DNA of 64,000 bases from NCBI GenBank assembly GCA_965200965.1, contig OZ241744.1:256001-320000 (forward strand), read 5' to 3'. The notes under the pieces were generated by a model. That model worked only from the letters and a program-made list of their open reading frames with translations, had not been told where the DNA came from and ran no database searches. Each line of letters opens with the position of its first letter. Position 1 is the first letter of the stretch. The position numbers were made by a program, and so were the translations under genes. Positions 1-9,555 of the stretch are shown here, one piece after another. The DNA is from an uncultured Candidatus Binatia bacterium (GTDB lineage: Bacteria; Desulfobacterota; Binatia; Bin18).

Positions 1-1128
1 GGCCTCGGCCCGCCTGCCGTCGCGCCGCTCGTAGTAGGCGAGCAGGGCACGAAAGACGCACGCTCCGAGTTGGGGTGAAACACCCCCGACGGCCTGACGC
101 GCACGGTCAAGCAGGCCGGCCCGATCGAAGACGGCCGGCAGTTCGCCGGCGCGGATCACCCGCCGGAGTTGCTGTTCAGAAGCCAGACCGAGATCGTCCA
201 GCATCTGGGGCCGATCGGACGGGAACAGCTCGCTCATACGCAGCAGAATATGAACGGTTTCTGGAGCGCTGGGCAACAGCCGACCTGCGGCGTGGGCCGC
301 GCTGAGGTAGGTGTCCCACACCAGCAGCGCTCTGTCCCACTGGCTGTGCTCAAGGCTGAGGGCGGCAAGGCGCAGCATCTCGGGGTCAATGTTGTGGCGG
401 CTGATGAGGTCTATGAGGCCGGCTGGCAGCCCCTCATTCCGCTGCCAGTGGTGGAACACCGTCCTGATAAATGTGTATCTGTGGTCGGTAGGAAGGGTGG
501 CCAGCCACGGCAGGAGGTGGTGCAGGGCGCTCAAGGCTTGGTCTTCGTTGTGAGCGCTCAGCGCTTGGCCGAGCTGTCTGAGTTGACTGCGTCGGGCATG
601 ATTGCCGGCGCTGACTCGCTCCAACAGGGCCGCTCGATGAGCACCGGGGTCGGGAACTCCTGCCTCAGCCGGGAACTCCGTTTTCCCCAGCAAGGCGCGC
701 AGGATAGGGACCAAACGGCCCGGACCGGAATCGGCCGGTATACGCGCCAGATTGGCTTCGGCCAGCTGATCGGCGCGTCGATAGAACGCGTCAAGCGCGC
801 GGATGAGTAACTTCCAGGGTGCCAGTGGGGATTGGCGCGGAATAGTGTCCAGGCAGGCCAGGGTGCCTGTCGGCAGCGGAGCGGTGGTGACAGCCCTGAA
901 CATCTGCCGAACGGTCCCTGCCTGGCGTCTCAGCGGGTGCTCAGCCGGCAGGTCGGCTAACTGGCCCGGGTCGGTCAGCCGGTATTGGATACGGGCTTCC
1001 AGTTCACGGCGGCGGTCTGCCCGGGCGCTTGCCATCTGGCTGATCAGTGTGCTGAGGTCACGACTCGTGCGCCGGGCGAGCGGGGTCACAGGCTCACCAC
1101 AGCCAGTGCGTCTTTTTCGTTTGGCCAT
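1..1128 (-). CDS. Hypothetical alpha-helical (possibly TPR-like) protein, 3' end runs off the window
   Basis: Not in the ORF track because it has no stop in the window. Manual minus-strand translation is open from ATG at 1128 (MAKRKRRTG...IPRQSPLAPWKLLIRALDAFYRR...WDRALLVWDTYL...) to position 1. An alternative ATG lies at 1197. Confidence 0.7.
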   Translation of the reverse strand, partial: MAKRKRRTGCGEPVTPLARRTSRDLSTLISQMASARADRRRELEARIQYRLTDPGQLADLPAEHPLRRQAGTVRQMFRAVTTAPLPTGTLACLDTIPRQSPLAPWKLLIRALDAFYRRADQLAEANLARIPADSGPGRLVPILRALLGKTEFPAEAGVPDPGAHRAALLERVSAGNHARRSQLRQLGQALSAHNEDQALSALHHLLPWLATLPTDHRYTFIRTVFHHWQRNEGLPAGLIDLISRHNIDPEMLRLAALSLEHSQWDRALLVWDTYLSAAHAAGRLLPSAPETVHILLRMSELFPSDRPQMLDDLGLASEQQLRRVIRAGELPAVFDRAGLLDRARQAVGGVSPQLGACVFRALLAYYERRDGRRAEA

Positions 1129-1342
1129 GAAGCAATTCTTTAGCCGGTCCCCCGGCCTGGGTGCAAGATGAATGAGGAATATGGTGGTGGCGGTCATTGG
1201 CTTTGCCTACTGGTGGGACCGGCGGACCGTCATCTGGGAAGCGCGGCGGGAAGCGATTGAGTTTATAGAGAAAGAGGGCGTGTTGCGGCGTCTGCTTGAC
1301 GCCGGCCCAGGAAGACCCGCGGCTGGCCACTGCGCTCAAGCA

Positions 1343-2476
1343 CTATAATCTGCGCTGAGACGAAACCGCCTGGCGGGCGGCGGAGAGCGTGGCTACGACA
1401 TAGCCCTGCTGATCCTCGGTCAGTTCTGGATAGATGGGCAGGGCCAGAGATTCCCGAGCGGCCGCCTCAGCCTGTGGAAAATCACCTTCTCGATAGCCCA
1501 GCCGGGCAAAACACGCCTGGAGATGGAGCGGCCGTGGGTAATACACCGCGCTTGCTACCCCGTGGTGGTGTAAGAAGTGGCGCACCCGGTCGCGCTGCGG
1601 CAGCCGAATCGTAAATTGATGATAGGTATGACCGGGCACGTCCCGGGGCGTGGTGAGCCAGTCCAGGAGTCCCGCGGCCTCAAACAGCCGCCGATACCGG
1701 GCGGCATGGGCCCGCCGCTTGGCCGTCCAGGCCGCCACATAGGGCAGCTTCACCCGCAGGACCGCCGCCTGCAAGGCGTCCAGCCGGAAATTTCCACCAA
1801 GCACGGTGTAGTCGTCTTTCTGAGTGCTGCCGTGGACGCGCAGGCTGCGCAGGCTGTCGGCCAGCCGTCTATCATCGGTGACAACCATACCGCCGTCGCC
1901 AAAGGCACCTAGATTTTTGCTCGGAAAAAACGAAAAACAGCCCATTGCAGTATCCGTTCCAACGGGCCGGCCGTGTGGGTCGGTGGCACCGATGGCCTGA
2001 GCAGCGTCCTCGATAATTGGAATGTTGCGCGCGGCTGCCAGCCGCGCCATATCTTTTAGATCGACACACCGACCGTATAAGTGGACCGGGATGATCGCTT
2101 TTGTCCTGGCGCTGAGTGTAGCCGGGACCGCGCTGGGGTCGATATTGAAGGTCTGGGGGTCAATATCGACAAAGACCGGGCGGGCACCGAGCCGAGCGAT
2201 GACGCCGGCGGTGGCAAAAAACGAATACGGTGTTGTCACCACCTCGTCGCCCACTCTGACATCGAGCGCCATCAGGCCGGCCAGCAGGGCGTCGGTACCC
2301 GAAGACACGCCAACCCCAAAGCGGACCCCGCACAGGCCGGCTACATCCGCCTCCAGCGCCTCTACCTCTGGACCAAGGATAAAATGCTGCGCCTCACATA
2401 CCCGGTCAATCGCTGCCTGGATTTCAGACGCGATACCCGCGTACTGGGCTTTGAGGTCTACGAGTGGAATCTTCAC
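1343..2476 (-). CDS. DegT/DnrJ/EryC1/StrS family PLP-dependent sugar aminotransferase
   Basis: IPLVDL N-terminus, SSGTDAL, IEDAAQAIG, FSFFPSKNLGAFGDGG (PLP lysine) and SLALPIYPEL motifs. Confidence 0.95.
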   Translation of the reverse strand: MKIPLVDLKAQYAGIASEIQAAIDRVCEAQHFILGPEVEALEADVAGLCGVRFGVGVSSGTDALLAGLMALDVRVGDEVVTTPYSFFATAGVIARLGARPVFVDIDPQTFNIDPSAVPATLSARTKAIIPVHLYGRCVDLKDMARLAAARNIPIIEDAAQAIGATDPHGRPVGTDTAMGCFSFFPSKNLGAFGDGGMVVTDDRRLADSLRSLRVHGSTQKDDYTVLGGNFRLDALQAAVLRVKLPYVAAWTAKRRAHAARYRRLFEAAGLLDWLTTPRDVPGHTYHQFTIRLPQRDRVRHFLHHHGVASAVYYPRPLHLQACFARLGYREGDFPQAEAAARESLALPIYPELTEDQQGYVVATLSAARQAVSSQRRL

Positions 2477-2509
2477 GGGGCGCTGCCGATCTTTTCTTCA
2501 GATAGGGGC

Positions 2510-3796
2510 TCAGGCTGGCGAGCTGACTGTGATCCTCTGTCGAAGCCGGCCTATCTCGCGCCAGAGCCTTTCAAAATCCCGGAGTGTGATTGGGCGGTAA
2601 TGGGCGAGTGTATTCCGAATCTCGCGTGTCAATTCCGCTGGCTGTAGTAGGGGTCGTTCCCTACGAAGAGAGCCACAGTTCCTGAAGAGGTGGACGAGAT
2701 GGCCCCATTGGCAGGCGAATGGACTGTCTCGGACTGCATCAGCTTCCTCCGCAATGTCTGGCGGACACCACCGCAACGGCCAGTCTTCCCCATACTGCTG
2801 ACTGAGATGGCGACAGATAGAAATCCTTATATCGTCAATCAAAGGAAGCGCGAGATTTGTTTGTCCACGCCACAAGCGGTGCTGCAAGTCTTCAGCGCGT
2901 CCCAACAGGGCCAGAGCGGCGGCGTGCAGCTCGGGGCCATATTCCGGCGTCCAATTGAGAACGCCGTGCGCCCACAATTGATGCCAACGGGACGGGGGGA
3001 GGTGAGGAGAATGTATGCCGGTGAGAGTGGGCAGAAAATCTTCAATGTCCCACGCTTGCAAGATGTCTGGTGTCCAGCCACGCTGTTCCCCGAATGCCTG
3101 CAAAAGAGGAAGAAGCTGCTCGCAGTCAAGGTGGAGACAGTCCCATAGATATTCAGCTAGAGCGATGTCGTTTCCCGTGATAGCCGGGACGAGATGTTCC
3201 CGCCAGCGGTGGAGAGGGGAGCATTGGCTGTCCGCGTTTTCCGAACGGCACAGTATCTGTATTTCCAAAGCTGAGGGAAGTCCCCACCAGTAATGTACCG
3301 AGAGATGGAGGTCGCTTTCAGGAACTCGGTCGGGGAGGGCAGGTCCCGGGGTGAAGATACTTAGGGCTGGAGGGTCAAAATTGCGATCAGAGAGACTTTT
3401 ACTGGTCTGTGTCCAGTCAAGGACAAACTTCACCCAAGTCTTTCGGTCAGGTTCGGGCAACTCTTCAAATCCTTTCAGATGGATTATCTGGGGCAAGTCC
3501 CCGGAAATCATCAGGTTTGCAACACTTCGGGGGCTTGAGGCTTCTGGCCATTGGACATCAAGCGCTTCGCCAAGAGCTATGACCGGACGCTCCTTGCTTG
3601 GCAGCTCCGGGAGCACAATTTCTTCAACATAGAAATCTTGCCGGAACAAGCGCCCTTCCAATGCGGGCCATAGGTCTATGGGTTCTGCCCCTGTTGGAAA
3701 GAGCACCAAGTGACTGCGCCTTGTAGAGAGGTCGTCAAACAGGGCATCCACAAACCGCTGAACGCTTGGTGCGTGCATAAGCGTATCTGTCAACAT
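2510..3796 (-). CDS. Hypothetical protein with C-terminal HEPN-like motif (REIRNTLAH), putative RNase effector
   Basis: ATG at 3796 lies just downstream of the ATPase stop (3801). The C-terminus WGHLVHLF...LTREIRNTLAHYRPITLRDFERL fits the HEPN R-x4-H signature. The ORF-track start at 3952 overlaps the ATPase and is unlikely. Confidence 0.7.
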   Translation of the reverse strand: MLTDTLMHAPSVQRFVDALFDDLSTRRSHLVLFPTGAEPIDLWPALEGRLFRQDFYVEEIVLPELPSKERPVIALGEALDVQWPEASSPRSVANLMISGDLPQIIHLKGFEELPEPDRKTWVKFVLDWTQTSKSLSDRNFDPPALSIFTPGPALPDRVPESDLHLSVHYWWGLPSALEIQILCRSENADSQCSPLHRWREHLVPAITGNDIALAEYLWDCLHLDCEQLLPLLQAFGEQRGWTPDILQAWDIEDFLPTLTGIHSPHLPPSRWHQLWAHGVLNWTPEYGPELHAAALALLGRAEDLQHRLWRGQTNLALPLIDDIRISICRHLSQQYGEDWPLRWCPPDIAEEADAVRDSPFACQWGHLVHLFRNCGSLRRERPLLQPAELTREIRNTLAHYRPITLRDFERLWREIGRLRQRITVSSPA

Positions 3797-3800
3797 GCGC

Positions 3801-6800
3801 TCAGAGGAAACGGAGGAGAGTTGGTTCGACAGAGAGCTGGCCGTCCTGCCGCTCAATGCAGCCGAGCCGTTGCAGGTATTCGATTGCAGTATCGCATTTG
3901 TCGGATGAGAGAACGGCAAGGCCATCGCTGTCTTGAATGTCTTGTGGATCAATCAACTCAACCGGAACTTCCGGCCCGTTTTTTTCGATGAATTTGAGAA
4001 TCCGACGCGCAGTGTCGTGAAGTCCCAAAGAGTTCCTGAATGTCCGAGAAAGTTCCGAAGACGGCTCTTCGAGCTCTTCGCTAATGGTCTCCGCAGCAGG
4101 GCGAGGATCGTCCTGGGTGCCGCAGCGCTCGAACAGAACATCTAAAAGATATGGCCAGCCGCCGGTGTTCTCCAAGACGGCGCGACACACATCGTCTGAG
4201 TCCATTTTCCTCTGTTGGTCTAAGCGTTGACGCAGGCCTGAGAGATTCCAGCGTCGGGGAAAGGTGACCACATCGACCTGATCCTCAATATCCCGGCGCT
4301 GCTGGCCTGGCAGAGAAAGCCAGTTCCAGGCCGCCCCTGGGTCAAAGATGAAGAGGAGGCGCAGCCAGCGTTTTTTGCTGCGCTGGTGAGCTTGACAGGC
4401 TTTATGAGCGGCTCTTACGCTCTCGAACAGAGCGGTGTTCGTTCCTCGAAAAGAACCGTATAAGATCAACCGCTCATGGTTTTTGTGGGAGGCTAAATAT
4501 TCCCTGATCCATTTTTCCAGCCTGGCGCTATCGAGCTCTGTTGGAGGGATTTCTTGACAGACCCCCTTAGCCTCCGGCAGCTCGGCCGGGATAAAGCTAC
4601 GGAAGGCCGCCTCGATATGAGCTAGCCCGAGAGTTTCAGAGGCAAAGACTAGACCAACACCAAAGCGAGCCGCGTTCAAACTGCGTCCCTGAGCGTAGGT
4701 TAAGGGACTATAATCTCGTCCCTGATTGTCGAGCAGGGCGTGGTGGCTATCGGCGTCAAACCGCTGCTCTGGTTCCTTCTCCGACAGGGCTAACAAGTGG
4801 TCTTCAATATCGGTTTCCGTACCAACGAGGCGCACGAGATTCGGACTGCGTAACCGATAGGAACCAGTGGCGTATCGGACCAGAACGCCTAACCCTGTCA
4901 TCTCATCCAAAAGACCTCTGAGTTGGTCGGAATCGACCTTGTTGAACCCTTTGGGCCACCAGTCCCGCACCAGTGCTGACAGGTCTGCCGGAGTGTAGGC
5001 TTGAGCATAGCCGTCCGATTGTTCAGTTTGGTCAAGAATCATAGCCCAAACTATTGCCTGATAGCGTGAATCAAGGGCCAGAGTCCATTCGAACCGTTCT
5101 CGGATTCTATCGCGCACCTGCGGTAGCAGATAGACTCGCTCCACATTGCTTTGGGCAATAGGATAGGGCGGGGACATACCCTGTTTCCGTAAGCGTTTGA
5201 GGAGTTCATCGCAGAAGAGTTGGATGAGGCCCGGATGATAGTTGGTGTAGGACAAAATCCGTAGGACCGTTCCAGGGGTGTCAAACCGATAGCCAAGAAC
5301 TTCAAGTGGCTCACGAATAAGCTGTTGAGCGACGGTCGGTTCCAAAGGGCCGACTAGCAGTGGGGTGCCGAAGTGAGCAAGGGGCTGATTGGGGATGCCT
5401 TGGAAGCGTTGGACGTTGTGCAGACCAGCAAAAACTACCTTGAAACGCCTGTCCGTGGCCTGCATAAGAGCTCGCAGACCTTCCACAACCTGGAAGCCAC
5501 CCTTGGCGTCAGCATCCAGAAAATTATCGGCTTCATCAAAGAGCATCAGGACCAGCCGTTCGGCCTTTGCTGCTATCGCCTCCCGAGCATGACGCTGCAC
5601 TTCTTCCGGTTTGTCCGTGGTAATTGCGCGTGGCAAAAGCTTGAGTTCCTTCAAGCCGTCCCGAACCTGTCCCCATAGGGTTTCTGGGGCAACTGAGTCC
5701 CCGATCAGCTTGATGTCTTCAACCCAGGCGTACCGCTGTCGTTCAGGATGGTGAAATTCACGGCGGACATGCTGCAAAAGGGCTGATTTGCCGAGTTGTC
5801 TGCCACCGTAAACAAGGCAGCTTCCAGAAGGCCGTTGCAGTTCCCGCACCATTGGACTACGGCCAAAAAACATTTCTGGTGGCACATTTCCGGCCTGGAA
5901 GGGTGTGTAGGGATTGACGGCGGAGAAGGGCAGCGTACACCGTAGAAAAACAGGCAAACGGGCATCGCGTTCTTGGGCCAGAAACACGAGCAGTATTTCG
6001 TCTAGGACAGCAACAGTGAGGTCCTCACTGCGAACTCTCCGGCTATAATCGCGTCGCTGACGCTCGGTCAAGCGACCCAGATAGAAAACAAGGACACTGT
6101 GGGTATCGAGGCGCAAGTCTCGCAACCAGGCACTTATTGTGTCAGCACCTGGCCTTTCCCATACACATACAATATCGTAGCGTCCGCTGGTTTGTGAGCC
6201 AAATTGAGGGATGGGTTTGGTCAGACCGCTGGCCGACATCCGAGCTTGAATATGCACCCATTCCGCGCCTCGTTGGATGTCGTCAAGAGATGGATCAGGT
6301 TCGAGACGAAAGCCCAGATATCGAAGCAAAACGGGAAGATTTTCCGAAATTCTTGGACCTCTGACTCTTCCTTGTTTCAAATCGGTCCAAGCTTTAATGG
6401 CTTGGATTGCCTCGTCACGGCGTCTTTCTGGCGTCTCACCAAATTTGATGCCCGCGATAGAGGAGCCACGCTTGATGTTTCTGCCAACCAGCCGCAGATT
6501 CATCCCTTGCCCTTGCAATGAGTCTACAAGCTGTGGCACAGCCTCAAGAAACTCCTGCAACGCATCACGACTCGACGGAGGAGAAAACAACTCTTCGTCA
6601 AGCTCTCCGCCCCCCTCAACAACTTCTGTGAGATGCGCCACACATTCCTCAGCAACCCTGGTCTCCCGACGGTCCAGACTGGATTGAACAAATTTCCCGA
6701 TATCTTCCAACTTGGCCGAATCAATCCGGTTGGCGAGGCGTGGCTTGAGCTCATCCCATTCTTTCTGGAATTCTTTCAGCCGCACATGACCAGCTTCTTC

Positions 6801-9273
6801 CAACTGCTTATTGATCCGTTTGAGTTGGTCGTGCTTTGGTCCGAAGTGTGGAATTGTATTGGCCTTCAGCGCTTCAATGATCCCTTCATACTCGGATCGC
6901 TCTCCCGCACTTATTCCGTCAACCTCAGCGTGTTCAATTGCGGCTCTGGTCTCTGATATAGCTGTCCGCAGCCCTTCCTGTGAGCCTTCTAATGCCTCCT
7001 GATATGCCTGACGTTTTACGGAATGATCGGGTTCATCAAAGGCGTCCAGCATTGTTTCCACAAAGCGATAGTCTTGTGCACCCAGCCAACTATCGAAAGC
7101 TGCCTGAAGGGAATGTTGCTCGGCGATTGCTTTGCAGAGCGTCGAAGCAACCCGGGGCAGGGCTGTGTGAGTGGGCTGTCCGCTGTCTTCCCGGGGAATT
7201 TTCGGGAGCCATAGCAGGAGCCTGCTGAGAGCGGTTGGGAGGCTATCGGTATTTCCATCGAACCACTCCTGCTGGCGAGTCGAAGGCTGAACAGGCTGTT
7301 CCGGTAAGCGTGTTTTGAAGTTGTTGGACCGAGCGGAGCAAACACTGGGCCGCAGCGCGAATCGGCTGAGGCTGGACTCGACTACTCAATTCTTGAAGGG
7401 CTTGGATGATTTCGGGGAGGGAACCCTGAATCTGCGAACGGACCTCGTTCGTCATCTGCGAGAAAGAGTCTTCTCCACTCTGAGGTTCCTGTTCGCGCTC
7501 AACGCATTCACACCAATGTCCGGCTAGGTCGCAGGCTTCTTGGACATTATGAACGATTTGCTTGAGCGCCGTTCCATCAATTCTTTGGGTTCCTCTAGCT
7601 ACCTTGTGGATATAGGTGGTGACATAATCATCTTTCTCCCACTGTTGCAGATTCTTGCGTACCTCATTGAGCCTCCTTTGATCGTTTTCTGTCACTGGGA
7701 AAAGAAAGGCATGCATAGCTCCGCCTGGAGCTGTCATGCGTCGCCATACATTGGAGGCTCGCTGGTATCCTGTCCGCCGCAGAGGTGCCTGTTCTAGCCA
7801 TCTTTTGGCTGCCTGCGTGGCTTCTTGGAGGGATGCTCTGTGCTGTTCTATATCGGCGACACCGAAGAGATCAGCCAGTCGTATAGACCTCCCCCAATTT
7901 GTGAACATTTTGATAGCGTCGACGACTCCGGCCAGATTCGGGCATATCTTAGGGACGCTGAGCCATGTCTGAATCCCCGTGCTCGGCGCGAGGAGACTGG
8001 CCCGCAAGGCTGCTGACAGGCCCAGAAGTTTCTGAGGCTCATCCTCAAATGGCCGGGCGTCCCTGATAATGTCTCTGAGATCATCAACAAAGGCTTGCGA
8101 ATTGGGCAAGAGTTGGCGAGCCGCCTGTACCGCGGCAATTAACTCGGGGGGGACGGGGCAGGGCTGGCCCAGCACCGGCCACGCCCGCGCCAGCCAATAG
8201 GCAGTGGGCAGTGTATCCTCGGCAATCAAGGTCCATAGGAGTTCTGTCCAATTTTTCGGGTCAGGAAAAGTCTGGAGTTGGCGGGCAATGGCTTGAATGT
8301 CGGGATTTTCGGTCCCGGGCAGGAAGATATCCGAAGGGGATATCCCTGATTTGTTGCTCTGGTCAGGATTGGGGTCGGATGGATGGAAGTTGTCAGGAGG
8401 TGATTCCTCTAGCCTGTTCTCGTCCATCTGAGACGAAGTTGCCCCGTTTTTTCCTTCTTCTTCGCGCCTCTCCTCTTGACCGGGTTCTGGCCTTTCCTCT
8501 CTCTCTGCCGGCGGCTCAGAAGAAGCGGATTCGGGAGCAAGGGAAGGCTCGAGCTTATCCGCTTGCAGAACTGTGGGGGTTCTCTCTGTTCCAGATGAAG
8601 GGGCAGCGGCTTCTTGGGGCAAAACTTGCTCAGGCTGTGGTAGCGGAACGGGCTTGTCGGACGTTTCTGAGCGAGATTTCGAGGGAGTGCCGGCGGCTCC
8701 GCCTCGGCCTGGTGTTCCTGTCCGTTGTGTGGCTGGGGAAGGCTGTTCGGAGGAGGGGATGAACAACTCGGTGAGGCGTTCATGGATTTTCGCAATCTCC
8801 TCCTCCAATTCCCCGGCCTTTTGGTCACGCAAATGCTTCTTAGCAAGCGTAGCAGGGCGAGGCTGTCGATCATACTTGTAGTACTCAAGCAGTAAGGAGC
8901 GGAACTGCTCCGTGCTTTGCATGGCGGTGGTTATGTGGGTCGTGGGACACCTCTCTGCCGCCCACTGAGAGACATCTCGCATGTCAAAAAACCCCAACAT
9001 TTCTCTTGCTTGGGGGGTGGTGAGATCGCCCAGCGCTTTTTGGAGGCGTCCCCGCTGGTCCCGACGCTCCTGTTGATTCTTCTCGTATAACTGCTGGAGT
9101 GTCTCCAGAAATTGAGGGATAGCTTCCCAGTCGGGAGCTGCCAGGGGTAATTCCTGAACCGTCTTGAGCAAGCCATTCCAGTCTATGCGCGGTTGGGGCA
9201 TCACTGTTTGTGGTTGCTCTTGAGATGCAGTTGCGGACGCCTGAGACGGGACTGAGCTTGATGGGGCTTTCAT
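3801..9273 (-). pseudogene. Large (~1820 aa) STAND/AAA-like P-loop ATPase split by one frameshift near 7308 (ORFs 7243..9354 and 3801..7061)
   Basis: NPY...FFGR, Walker A YGGRQLGKS, Walker B LMLFDEAD, TNYHPGLIQL and a second TGGWPYLL (GxP-like) motif. The downstream frame stays open to ~7307 and reads like protein (LPEQPVQP...LSRLLLWLPKIP...AAFDSWLGAQDYRFVETMLD). A GGAGG RBS precedes ATG 9273. Confidence 0.7.
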
Positions 9274-9555
9274 CGCCTCCCCTTTCTCTCTTCCAAGCCA
9301 AGAGAGCAGAGAGACTACACTTTTGTTCAGTGGTTCACAATACTTATGCCGCATCGCTCATGTCAACTGCGTTCGCCGGCTGACCCAAGCGTAGCATTGA
9401 AAAGAGCGTGGGCATCTCATTGCTTTTCCAGGGTAAAATGCAAGAACGCAACACGCGTTCTCTGACGGCGTTTCTCTACAAGGGACAAGAAGGTCAGAGC
9501 CAATCCGCAAGCTCGTGTGAGCCAAAGAAAGCGTTACGGTGGCGATGTTGCGGGT

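Noticed and set aside
75-1339. Short ORFs listed at the left edge (e.g. 169..810, 803..1171)
   Set aside because: They are better explained as shadows of the long minus-strand frame from 1128.
2480-9555. Calling the lower-GC insert a prophage, IS or integrative element
   Set aside because: No integrase, transposase, tRNA target or flanking direct repeats were recognised.
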